Shown: positions 27,925 to 36,769 of the stretch, one piece after another
Layout: every line of letters starts with the position of its first letter
How positions within the stretch are numbered: the stretch's first letter is position 1
Sequence record: NC_041916.1
Length of the DNA: 64,000 nt
Strand: one strand, 5' to 3'
Program-made: the position numbers and the translations under genes
The notes under the pieces: model-generated
What the model was told of the DNA's origin: nothing
Database searches by the model: none
The model's input: only the letters and a program-made list of their open reading frames with translations

Positions 27925-28389
27925 TCAATCACTAGGGATAACGAACCGGCATTGTTTTCTGAAGGAGAACAATTCGTTCGCCGACATTCGGTTCTGGTTA
28001 TCAAAGGTGACGATTTCTTTCCCGTCTACATCAGTCAACCATATCGTCTCGTATTGCGCGAAGATATGAGCAAAGTCACTAAAAACAAATCCCTCCATGG
28101 TCATTTCGACATGTTGTGCAAGATCGTGTTTTGAATCATATCCGAACACTTTACTAACTTTTTGTTCTTTCCCATCCACCATCAAAAGAAACGTAGCACG
28201 TTCAATCAACGGTTGACAAGTAAGATCCATCACGACGGATTGGTTTACTTGATATTGGAATGAGAATGTGTAAGGATTATTGTTAGGGATGAATTCCCAT
28301 TTGTTGGTCGTCGAGGAGTCTGACGTAACATAGTTACCGAAAGCACTCAACGCAACGCATGACAAAAACAACGTCATGAACTTTTTCAT
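27925..28389 (-). CDS. Secreted/periplasmic protein with a signal peptide, 154 aa
   Basis: MKKFMTLFLSCVALSAFG is a typical Sec signal; GGAG RBS. Confidence 0.75.
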   Translation of the reverse strand: MKKFMTLFLSCVALSAFGNYVTSDSSTTNKWEFIPNNNPYTFSFQYQVNQSVVMDLTCQPLIERATFLLMVDGKEQKVSKVFGYDSKHDLAQHVEMTMEGFVFSDFAHIFAQYETIWLTDVDGKEIVTFDNQNRMSANELFSFRKQCRFVIPSD

Positions 28390-28412
28390 TACCGAACTCC
28401 TTAATTTTTTTA

Positions 28413-28931
28413 TTAAACCACTTGTTGAAGTCGACGAGCAAATTGAGTTTTTGCACGAGAACTGAACGCGTAGTCTTTTAGGTGGGTGTTGCGAATGACA
28501 GGAGATTGCTGTTTAATAAGTTTCACCAAATTAAACACGTTATCACTAGCAGTAGTCCTGTCGGCTTCTGGTAGAGAATCCAAACACATCTCTAAGTTAG
28601 CGAAATCGCATAACCCAGTTTGTGCACGGAATATCACACGATTCAGACTCTGGTGGTCTGCTAAGATCTCAGTTCCAAAGTCTGGAGTAGTGATCACTTC
28701 GAATTCGTAACAAGTATTAAAGTGTCTGTCGTGGATACGGAAACAAACACCTTGTGATGGATAAGTAACCGTTACATGGTAACGTTTACCGAAATGTACG
28801 TCTTGGTAACCCATTAACAATGTGCCAAAGATACCGCACACCATTAGTAAGATAGAGTACATATTGTGATCGTACGGACCAACCAATAAAAGAAAGCCAG
28901 CCAACGTCATTAATAAACATGTTAAGATCAT
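28413..28931 (-). CDS. Membrane-anchored protein (two N-terminal TM segments), 172 aa
   Basis: Hydrophobic N-terminus; ATGA overlap; part of the array. Confidence 0.7.
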   Translation of the reverse strand: MILTCLLMTLAGFLLLVGPYDHNMYSILLMVCGIFGTLLMGYQDVHFGKRYHVTVTYPSQGVCFRIHDRHFNTCYEFEVITTPDFGTEILADHQSLNRVIFRAQTGLCDFANLEMCLDSLPEADRTTASDNVFNLVKLIKQQSPVIRNTHLKDYAFSSRAKTQFARRLQQVV

Positions 28932-29431
28932 GGTATTTTCCCTAATGAAATGAGTTTTTGTTCAACGTTATACTCCACGTGGAAGTTTTGACGTTGTGTG
29001 ATTTTCATCAAACTCTGATCAAAAACAAATTGAATTAAGTCGTGCGCTATCAGCAGTCGTTCTTTTAGTAACCGGTCGTTCTTATGCAGAGCGATGGCGG
29101 ACACCAAATGATCAGTCACGGTACGATGGAAGTGTGAACCCGGTTCACATCCCAAAGTTAAAGTGGCTGGGACTTCGTCATTGCGAATCGGTAAACTTAA
29201 CTCAAATATGTTCTCGACAGTATTTGAAGTCAAAATAAATAAAAAGCTTTTGCTGTCATCCGAACAGCAACACTCAATGGTAATCCTACCGTGCTTGAGC
29301 TCCTTAACGGTAACTGAGTAAAAGTCACCGACCCCATCGTATTTTGTTTTAAGGGCGTTTCTCCACGCCCCGATTAAAACAACGACTAAAAGTCCCATCC
29401 ACGCTAAAGTCATGCAGCTTGTGCCATCCAT
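28928..29431 (-). CDS. Membrane-anchored protein, ~167 aa (start may be 29413)
   Basis: TM segment LAWMGLLVVVLIGAW; part of the array. Confidence 0.7.
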   Translation of the reverse strand: MDGTSCMTLAWMGLLVVVLIGAWRNALKTKYDGVGDFYSVTVKELKHGRITIECCCSDDSKSFLFILTSNTVENIFELSLPIRNDEVPATLTLGCEPGSHFHRTVTDHLVSAIALHKNDRLLKERLLIAHDLIQFVFDQSLMKITQRQNFHVEYNVEQKLISLGKIP

Positions 29432-30069
29432 TTAAAGTTAACTGGTTTAGCTGGCGTATCACCAACAATGTTAAAGCTACGTGCGTTCACCTTAGCGAAC
29501 TCACGACTTGCTCCTACTATAGAGTTGTACATTGCAGGTGAATAAACTGATGAAGCAAGTTCAAGCTGATCATAGTAGAAGCCGAACAACAAGTCATGCA
29601 ATAGACCCATTTCGAATTCCACACGATCGTCTGATTTGCCTAAGCGATCTTCCAATCCCATCGCAATAAACAATTCTCCTAATTGAGCGATGTTGAGATG
29701 ATTGGTGTCTGTGTTTGTTCCGATGAACGTGTAAACACGCTTACCGAAGTATTGTTGCACTCGTGGTAGTACAGTCGCTGGACGTTCACGACCAGTACGA
29801 TACACGTGCTCTTCCATTTCCACCCCGTTTTCTTTTAGGATGATAGACTCCACTTGGTCACGAGCTTTAGGGTAGAAGTGTGCTTCGAACCCAAGAGAAG
29901 GCTTGATTGAGTTCGTGGCAATGAAACGAATCATCCCACGCTCAGCTTTGACCTCAAAATTAAAAGCCTTGTTAGGGTCACTGAGTCGACCGTGTGCTAA
30001 GAAGCAAACAGCCAAAGCTGCTAGGATGGAAATGATAGCGATAGTGATGTTAAGCGAAGTTAGTTCCAT
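29410..30069 (-). CDS. Membrane-anchored protein, 219 aa
   Basis: GAGG RBS; TM segment ITIAIISILAALAVCFL. Confidence 0.75.
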   Translation of the reverse strand: MELTSLNITIAIISILAALAVCFLAHGRLSDPNKAFNFEVKAERGMIRFIATNSIKPSLGFEAHFYPKARDQVESIILKENGVEMEEHVYRTGRERPATVLPRVQQYFGKRVYTFIGTNTDTNHLNIAQLGELFIAMGLEDRLGKSDDRVEFEMGLLHDLLFGFYYDQLELASSVYSPAMYNSIVGASREFAKVNARSFNIVGDTPAKPVNFKWMAQAA

Positions 30070-30091
30070 TTTAAGTTCCTCTTTTTAAAGG

Positions 30092-30565
30092 TTATAAAGT
30101 TACGTCTAGGTAGTTGTAAAGATGGTTGTGTACTTCATCCATTCGATCTTTGGTGTATTCGTTGTAATGAGGTTCTAGCTCGTTAGTTAGAATAGCACGG
30201 ATAAGTCCAAGGTCACGATTAAGCAATGCTTCCTTACCTTCACGAATGATGTTGTGGTTAGCCAACGCTTGCAATGCTCTCATGCGACACTCAGCAGAAC
30301 CGAAGTGCTTATAAGAAAAAGCAAGAACGTAAGTCCCGAGTACTGGGTCGTAAGATAACGTTGTTTCTTCTGATGTTGTACTCTTGATGGTGTGAAGACA
30401 CATAGTGCGGCCTTCCTCACCATATAGGAAGGTCCAGTGAGAATTTACATCATCAAAGATACGCATTTCAAGCTGCTCAACACCATCGATGTTGAACTGA
30501 CGAAATAACGTCCAAGTGATAGCGATAGCAATGATGGCGACAAGTAGAGCTGAAAGTGCGTACAT
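30092..30565 (-). CDS. Membrane-anchored protein, 157 aa
   Basis: GAGGG RBS; TM segment ALSALLVAIIAIAITWTLF. Confidence 0.75.
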   Translation of the reverse strand: MYALSALLVAIIAIAITWTLFRQFNIDGVEQLEMRIFDDVNSHWTFLYGEEGRTMCLHTIKSTTSEETTLSYDPVLGTYVLAFSYKHFGSAECRMRALQALANHNIIREGKEALLNRDLGLIRAILTNELEPHYNEYTKDRMDEVHNHLYNYLDVTL

Positions 30566-30605
30566 AATAGGTCCCTCGAAAGGTTAAATAAAAAATGATT
30601 GATTA

Positions 30606-30629
30606 TGACCCCATCGAAAGATGGGGTCA
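30606..30629 (-). terminator. Terminator hairpin
   Basis: TGACCCCATC-TTTC-GATGGGGTCA, then TTTTTTATTT a few nt downstream. Confidence 0.7.
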
Positions 30630-30635
30630 GTTTAA

Positions 30636-31154
30636 TTAGCGAGAAAGATTACGATCAATCTTTCTTTCTAAGTACTCAAGATGAGCGTGTTGCTTTTTAA
30701 CGATCTCAGTAGCGATCGCTTGGATGAACATACGGCGAACACCTGAACAACTGAAGCGGTAAGGTAATGCAGTAATGTCACTGTTGAACATGTTGTAAAA
30801 TAGTTCACCCGCTTCACCGTGTGTGCGGACTTCCACATTACGGAAAAGATCAGCAATGCTTTCACGGTCACATGGTTTCATGGTAATAACCAGACAACCA
30901 TTTTCATCGAGCTGATATGGTTGAGAGATCGAGTAATCCGTGTTCACCAGATTGATGTACACCGAGTGTTCTTTCCCATTGTTGTATTTCACATAGAGTC
31001 TGAATCGTCTTAGTGCATTGGTAACACCGACCGAATGAGTGTGACCGTATTGATCAACCACGATGCTTAGACGAGACATAGTGAAACGAAACAGACCAGC
31101 TGCTAGTACTAAAAGAACCATCACTAGGATGGTGTAAAAGATAATGCTTAGCAT
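30636..31154 (-). CDS. Membrane-anchored protein, 172 aa
   Basis: AAGGA RBS; TM segment IIFYTILVMVLLVLAAGLF. Confidence 0.75.
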   Translation of the reverse strand: MLSIIFYTILVMVLLVLAAGLFRFTMSRLSIVVDQYGHTHSVGVTNALRRFRLYVKYNNGKEHSVYINLVNTDYSISQPYQLDENGCLVITMKPCDRESIADLFRNVEVRTHGEAGELFYNMFNSDITALPYRFSCSGVRRMFIQAIATEIVKKQHAHLEYLERKIDRNLSR

Positions 31155-31204
31155 AATAATTTCCTTAATAAGGTTAGATAGATTAAGAATAGCACATTAC
31201 TATT

Positions 31205-31228
31205 CACCTAAGTTATATAGATCTCAAA
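31205..31228 (-). promoter_or_regulatory. Putative early promoter
   Basis: TTTGAGATCTATATAACTTAGGTG. Confidence 0.75.
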
Positions 31229-31260
31229 TAAACTGTAAGTAAAAAAATAAAAAAAGAAAT

Positions 31261-31290
31261 AACTCCCATCCCCGTTAGGAGATGGGAGTT
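31261..31290 (-). terminator. Terminator hairpin
   Basis: AACTCCCATC...GATGGGAGTT followed by ATTTCTTTTTTTATTTTTTT. Confidence 0.85.
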
Positions 31291-31299
31291 AACTTTACA

Positions 31300-31746
31300 T
31301 TACTTAAATAGTTTGCTTGCTAGAGTTTCGTTTGTAGCACGTTGCTCTGCCAGCCAATCTGAAGCTTCTTGTGTGTGGATGAAATCTGTCATTGTAGTGC
31401 TAGCACCGTACAATGATTCGTCACCCACTTCGCTACGGAGAATGTGTTCAGAATTGAATGTGACACCCGGTATAGTTAGCGTGCCTTCTACGTTGTTGAT
31501 TTTGTCGTTCTCTGCATAAAGATTACGAGTAATTTCAGCAGTCGCAACTTCAACAGCACCGCTCACTTGGTTCATGAAGTTTACGTGAGCTTCCATGGAT
31601 TCACCAGTAATACCTTCCGGCATTTCTAGTTTCTCCGAATCGAACACCACTACGTTAGTACCTTTGTTGTACTCGTGATTCTTAGTCAGAGACTTAACTA
31701 GGTTAGCTTGTAGTTCGTCGTATTTAGGAGCTTTAGTATCAGACAT
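31300..31746 (-). CDS. Hypothetical protein, probably highly expressed early, 148 aa
   Basis: Has its own promoter and terminator; GAGG RBS; strongly biased codons. Confidence 0.8.
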   Translation of the reverse strand: MSDTKAPKYDELQANLVKSLTKNHEYNKGTNVVVFDSEKLEMPEGITGESMEAHVNFMNQVSGAVEVATAEITRNLYAENDKINNVEGTLTIPGVTFNSEHILRSEVGDESLYGASTTMTDFIHTQEASDWLAEQRATNETLASKLFK

Positions 31747-31819
31747 GAGTTACCTCGATATAGTTTTAGTTAATTAAAAAGGAACGTGGTACGGTTCCCT
31801 AGACGCTGTGGTCTTTGTT

Positions 31820-31843
31820 CACCTAAGTTATATAGGTTCAAAA
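31820..31843 (-). promoter_or_regulatory. Putative early promoter
   Basis: TTTTGAACCTATATAACTTAGGTG. Confidence 0.78.
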
Positions 31844-31847
31844 TATT

Positions 31848-32513
31848 TTAAGAAACTACATTAAAAACAGAACAATCCATTTTGGTGATATCTTTCAGTA
31901 CGTCGAACAAGTCCAGATAATCACGTTCAATGACTACACCCATCGCTATATTCCAGAACGCTTCACGACGCTCAAACATAGCGTTAATCATTGATTCATC
32001 CAAATCAGATAACACCATGGCTTCTGCGTAATCCATGTCACACAAATCGTGTTTACGCACTGCGTAAGCGAAAGTGAGTGTAGCCAATTCGAAAGGATTG
32101 TTGTTGGCGTAATTAGCACGTCCCACCAACCATTGGTCGTAACCCACTACCGTTGACATAATGGTGTTGAACGCACGCTCAAATGTCAAATCGCTAACTG
32201 CTGCCAAACGTGAGATAGTAGAAGTGAAACGTTCAGATTCTTCTACGATCATTTCGTCACTGTAACCGTTCAGTGTTTTGCCTTTAGCGTTCAAGCTAAG
32301 TTTAAGGACAGCTGCACCAAATGATTTCAATGATTCAGTTTTAAGGTTAGAGAACGCCACACCTTCGATTAAGTGGGAACCACTGGAGCGGTCACGGTAG
32401 TTTTCCCACACGCCTTTCGCACTATCATGAATCCCTGCCAGCACCATAACTTCGCCACGAACAGCGGACATAGTAGAAACCAAGTTGAGTTTCTGTACGT
32501 ATGTAATTTGCAT
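31848..32513 (-). CDS. Hypothetical protein, 221 aa
   Basis: AAGGA RBS; helical-looking; no motif recognised. Confidence 0.7.
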   Translation of the reverse strand: MQITYVQKLNLVSTMSAVRGEVMVLAGIHDSAKGVWENYRDRSSGSHLIEGVAFSNLKTESLKSFGAAVLKLSLNAKGKTLNGYSDEMIVEESERFTSTISRLAAVSDLTFERAFNTIMSTVVGYDQWLVGRANYANNNPFELATLTFAYAVRKHDLCDMDYAEAMVLSDLDESMINAMFERREAFWNIAMGVVIERDYLDLFDVLKDITKMDCSVFNVVS

Positions 32514-32590
32514 TGTTTTTCCTTTTTGATGGTTTTCGGTTTATGCTAATAAATAAAACACCAGAGTAAAAATTTACTAAAAGCAACAAA

Positions 32591-32614
32591 GAGGGCAGGA
32601 AACCCCGCCCACTC
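32591..32614 (-). terminator. Hairpin after the protease gene
   Basis: GGGCGGG-GTTT-CCTGCCC followed by TTTGTTGCTTTT. Confidence 0.5.
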
Positions 32615-32625
32615 AATTAACGAAC

Positions 32626-33522
32626 TTAGAACAAGTCCATAGGGTTTACCGTAGTGATGATTTCACGCTTACCGTTATGAATGTGGTGGTTGCGTTTCAA
32701 CGTTGTCAGCATATCATTTAGTTGATTGAACGACTCCATACCTTCCACGGTTTGGATTTTGTTCTTATCACCTAATGCCGCTTCCATCAGTTCAATGGAT
32801 TTACCTGCATCGATAGTCATGCCTTCTGAAAGATCACGTTCAAAACCCATCTCAAACATCAATGATTCCATACCACCGACTTGGTTAAGACCGGTGCGGT
32901 ATTTCGTCGCTTCTGCGAAACCCGGTTCAGGTACCCAGTCGAGACCTGTCCAGTATTCGACCTGACGTGTGGTGTCACCGAATTGCTGAGGTGTGGTAAC
33001 CGTACGAATCGATACCGCGGTACCCATTTTCGGAGAGTCTAGGTTTTCTTTGAAGTACTCACCAAACGGACCAAACGGTTTAGTGTCGATATCGAAGTAC
33101 ACCGGACCGTTCATAGTACGACGGTCAAACTTAGTTAGGTTTGGATAGATCTCGCCGATGGCTGCACAGATGCGGTCCATGTCGATAGTCTTCAGACGGT
33201 TAATCCAAGTTAGTACGTCGGTGATCTGAGTACGAACAACCTTTCCGTCGATCTTCTCAAAGAACCACTGAACCGGATGGTTCATTTCCATGTACACTTC
33301 ACCACGTTCTAAACGACGACGTAAGTCGCTGCCAGAACCCACATTCGGACCTTCTTCCAAACACTCTAACAAGTATTGGTTCATGCGGTACGTGATACCC
33401 ATGCGGTTTGCTATGTTGAAACCACCGCCAGCAATGCGGTAATAACCGTCACTGTTTGGTGTGATAATCCCCTTGTTCTCGGACATCGCTAGTTCGATGT
33501 TGCCGTAAGTAAGTTTACTCAT
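32626..33522 (-). CDS. Prohead (head maturation) serine protease, phiKZ gp175-like
   Basis: GEVYMEMNHP (His), VSIRT (Ser), LDWVPEPGF; likely start MSKL at 33522. Confidence 0.88.
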   Translation of the reverse strand: MSKLTYGNIELAMSENKGIITPNSDGYYRIAGGGFNIANRMGITYRMNQYLLECLEEGPNVGSGSDLRRRLERGEVYMEMNHPVQWFFEKIDGKVVRTQITDVLTWINRLKTIDMDRICAAIGEIYPNLTKFDRRTMNGPVYFDIDTKPFGPFGEYFKENLDSPKMGTAVSIRTVTTPQQFGDTTRQVEYWTGLDWVPEPGFAEATKYRTGLNQVGGMESLMFEMGFERDLSEGMTIDAGKSIELMEAALGDKNKIQTVEGMESFNQLNDMLTTLKRNHHIHNGKREIITTVNPMDLF

Positions 33523-34249
33523 CGCCGAAGCCACCTTTAATAATTAGTTCTTCTGTTGTTACTTTATCGTCTTTTTCCAAGACCGCCATAATTAAGTTGT
33601 CTTGGTCATAACCACCTATCAAGCGGTTAAAGGTGCCGTCAATCAATAAGCTGCCGTTGTTCAAACCCACCGTCAAAGGCGGACGCCCTTGTTTGATCGC
33701 TTTGGAATAACGATACGGTTGACTTGGGTCATCAGGGTCTCGTTCCGTTAAAGAAGTCATAACACGGTATACCGTAGGGGAACTACCCACACCGCGGTTA
33801 GTGATCAACTTAGCTCGGTCGAAAGTGGTACGAACTTTGGTGTACTCTGTGTACCACGGGAGTTTGTTTAACCAACAGAACTCACGATAGAATGTAAAGT
33901 TTAAGTTCGCGTCTTGAATACTACTTAAACTCTTAAAGACGATGTCGCCTTCTTCAAAGTCCATAGTAAGGTAACGGTCACCATTTACATTCTCTTCCCC
34001 CATGTTACTAGGACATAACGTAAAGGAAGTTTGCAGGTACATGCTAAAGAACTGTTCACTCTTAGGTTCAACGAACCCAATCACCCCTACGGTGGTTACC
34101 GTGTCACTCGCTGTCGCCATTGAGTTCTCGATAAAACGGACAGGGATGTACCCGACCAAAGGTCGGGTAGCAACCACGGAACCGTCTTCCAACGTACGCA
34201 GGGTTTTACTGAACAACGCTTGATTGCGACTCAGTTTGTTTGGTTCCAT
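33515..34249 (-). CDS. phiKZ gp176-like head protein (proposed vRNAP-associated subunit), 244 aa
   Basis: Position between the protease and the gp177-like gene; size match. Confidence 0.6.
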   Translation of the reverse strand: MEPNKLSRNQALFSKTLRTLEDGSVVATRPLVGYIPVRFIENSMATASDTVTTVGVIGFVEPKSEQFFSMYLQTSFTLCPSNMGEENVNGDRYLTMDFEEGDIVFKSLSSIQDANLNFTFYREFCWLNKLPWYTEYTKVRTTFDRAKLITNRGVGSSPTVYRVMTSLTERDPDDPSQPYRYSKAIKQGRPPLTVGLNNGSLLIDGTFNRLIGGYDQDNLIMAVLEKDDKVTTEELIIKGGFGDE

Positions 34250-34264
34250 GTTAGGGTCCCCTTA

Positions 34265-35752
34265 TTAAAGGTGATTACCTAGACACAGACTGGTCACACA
34301 CTCGCCAACCGCTTCCGCAAGTTTGTCACGACGTTCTTCCAACGACATGTTGCTGGTGACCACTGAACGAGTCAGGATTTCAGCAGCGAATGTCATGCCA
34401 AGACGTTTACCTACTTCAATAGCGATGGTCGGTGTAGATAAGAACACGTCACTGTCCATGTTACCGTTCACCACTAGGTCACGATGACGATGTACCCATT
34501 TGCTGGTTACTTCGTTCATAGCGGTAGTTAGACGACGGTAAGGAAGATCGTCGTTGAACTTCTCACAAATCGCACCAAGTTCAGCGTGTTGTTTTTGGAA
34601 ATCGTTCAAACACGTCTCAACAACACGAGACACGTTCTTGATACACGCACTCACGATTTCAGCTTTTACTGAATTTAGGTACACTTGGTATTTCTCCAAG
34701 TAACCCGGAATCGCATCCAGAGGAGGCACGTGGTTTGCCGCAGGGTTGTTTGCCAACGCCACAGCGTAACCCAGAAGAACTTCACTTAGAGACGTGTTGT
34801 TCTCTTCGATGACTTCGATAGCACGATCAGTCAGACCTACACGCAGCTGACCCGAAACTGTACCGAACTCAGAACGACGTTCATCAATCTGAACTTTCAT
34901 TACCGGAAGAACTTGTTTAGCAAGATCTTGGTAGTAACGGCGAGTACGTTGCAGACCGTAAATAACTACGTTTAACGCTGTGTTAATGTAAGAGCGGTAC
35001 ATTTCTAGCGTCATGTTCTGAACGCCTTCCAGTGGAGTCTCTTCCACATTCAAACGTGATAGCACGATGTAAAGTTGAATCAAGTCTTGTGGAGTTTGAT
35101 TGCGATCTAGAACCAAACGGTCACCTTCAGCAATAAACAGACCTGACCACTCACCACGAGCCACGTAAGCATTGTAAAGAGTTTGAGTGCGCTCAATATC
35201 CAAGTGATGATTTAATTCATCACTGGTGGTCTTCAGGAGATCTTCCATCTGATTGTATTCGAGTGCTGGTAGGCAGTTCGCGTACTCCGTCAGTTCTCGA
35301 GCTTGGAAGTTAGAGTAATCCCAAACTTTCGATGGTTCACCTTCTGGGAAGAGATGTGAAGTGAAAAACGGATGATCTAACTCAGTGTAAGAAATGTAGA
35401 AGTTGTTGTGCACACACGTGATAGCACTAGTTGGGGAATAAAGATCACGAACACCTTCAGTGATAGCCGCGTCCAGAGGACGAAGGTATTGACGAATCTG
35501 TTTGAATGCGTTTTGAACACCAGTCGTGATCATCTCAATCGCTTGCTGTTGTTTAAGGGCATGTTCGCTACCCAGTTCTGTAGCAGCAGGAACTTCCGTC
35601 GCAAGGTTGTCAGGAGTCAGAGGAACCAGACCTGTACTCACGTCCACCAACGATTGGATGAAATCAGAGGCTTTATCGTACACACTGTTTTCACGGTGTT
35701 GAATAGCCAAGGCGATAGGTGAAGCAACTAGGATGGAATGTTGACGAATCAT
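34265..35752 (-). CDS. phiKZ gp177-like virion head protein, 495 aa
   Basis: Synteny and size; GGAGG RBS. Confidence 0.6.
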   Translation of the reverse strand: MIRQHSILVASPIALAIQHRENSVYDKASDFIQSLVDVSTGLVPLTPDNLATEVPAATELGSEHALKQQQAIEMITTGVQNAFKQIRQYLRPLDAAITEGVRDLYSPTSAITCVHNNFYISYTELDHPFFTSHLFPEGEPSKVWDYSNFQARELTEYANCLPALEYNQMEDLLKTTSDELNHHLDIERTQTLYNAYVARGEWSGLFIAEGDRLVLDRNQTPQDLIQLYIVLSRLNVEETPLEGVQNMTLEMYRSYINTALNVVIYGLQRTRRYYQDLAKQVLPVMKVQIDERRSEFGTVSGQLRVGLTDRAIEVIEENNTSLSEVLLGYAVALANNPAANHVPPLDAIPGYLEKYQVYLNSVKAEIVSACIKNVSRVVETCLNDFQKQHAELGAICEKFNDDLPYRRLTTAMNEVTSKWVHRHRDLVVNGNMDSDVFLSTPTIAIEVGKRLGMTFAAEILTRSVVTSNMSLEERRDKLAEAVGECVTSLCLGNHL

Positions 35753-35913
35753 TTCACTTCCTCCGTGATGACCTTAGATACGATTTCGTTCAGTTTACCG
35801 TCTTCCACGGGAGGCAGAACTTCTAGACCTACACTCGTCAGTACACCACGAGTGATTTCTTGGATGTTGGCAATGGTCAGCACATCCTTAACGTACTGTT
35901 CAGGTTTATTCAT
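35749..35913 (-). CDS. Small 54-aa ORF below the track cutoff
   Basis: MNKPEQYVKDVLTIANIQEITRGVLTSVGLEVLPPVEDGKLNEIVSKVITEEVK; the ATG abuts the endolysin stop (TAAATG) and the stop overlaps the next start (ATGA). Confidence 0.7.
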   Translation of the reverse strand: MNKPEQYVKDVLTIANIQEITRGVLTSVGLEVLPPVEDGKLNEIVSKVITEEVK

Positions 35914-36768
35914 TTAGATCATACTCCGGTTCTTAGGCTTCATGCCTTCGTAATACATTTGGTAGATAGTTTCAGCGATCTCGCCCACTACAATATTGCC
36001 GTCCTTGTTTTTGTCCAAGCCACGGTTTTGGCGATAACCCACACTACCTTCCGAGAACAACACTTCATCCAGTCCCTTCCCAACGTAAGCAGGATACAGT
36101 ACACTGAGATAAAAGTCTTCAAGGTTTTTCATTGGTTTACGACGAGCACGCATGTCGAAGTAAGGAAGCACCGCTTTCTCTAATTGCTCCAACTGACTCA
36201 TCTTACGGATTTGATCCAATGTGAAACCAAGGTCTTTAGCCGCCGGAGCCATGAACTGAATCAGACCGTATGCTTGACTGCCCGCTGCGTTTTGGATAGC
36301 CGGGTCAAAAGTGCGACCAGATTCAAACGCCATGATAGACATCACATAGTCACCCACACACGGTAAGTAACCACGAGCTTCTACCCACTCTTTTACGATC
36401 TTACAGAAAACGTTAGGAACACGGTTAGACCAAGCCAAGTCTAAATCTGGTTGATCATTAAGACGACGATTGGCTAACACTAGGTTATCCAAAGCACGTT
36501 GACTACCGTTACCCCAAATACCATCGACCTGACCGGCATAAAAACCAGTGAGACGAGCATTGTGTTGGAACAGCTTGATAACATCGATGGCTTTTGACCA
36601 AGCCGGGATGTCTTTCAATTCTTCTTTTTTAATGACGGTATTAAAAAGACTAAGGGCAGCCGTTCGGCTACCCTTACCCCAAATGCCGTCAATCTTGCTG
36701 TTGTACGTACCAGCGATTAAACAACCCAACTGAATACGCTTTACAGCGCCAATTAACGCGAATGACAT
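35914..36768 (-). CDS. Modular endolysin: two peptidoglycan-binding repeats plus an SLT/lysozyme-like domain, 284 aa
   Basis: Two DGIWG repeats; MAFESG catalytic Glu; YGLIQFM; GLDKNKDG. Confidence 0.88.
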   Translation of the reverse strand: MSFALIGAVKRIQLGCLIAGTYNSKIDGIWGKGSRTAALSLFNTVIKKEELKDIPAWSKAIDVIKLFQHNARLTGFYAGQVDGIWGNGSQRALDNLVLANRRLNDQPDLDLAWSNRVPNVFCKIVKEWVEARGYLPCVGDYVMSIMAFESGRTFDPAIQNAAGSQAYGLIQFMAPAAKDLGFTLDQIRKMSQLEQLEKAVLPYFDMRARRKPMKNLEDFYLSVLYPAYVGKGLDEVLFSEGSVGYRQNRGLDKNKDGNIVVGEIAETIYQMYYEGMKPKNRSMI

Positions 36769-36769
36769 T

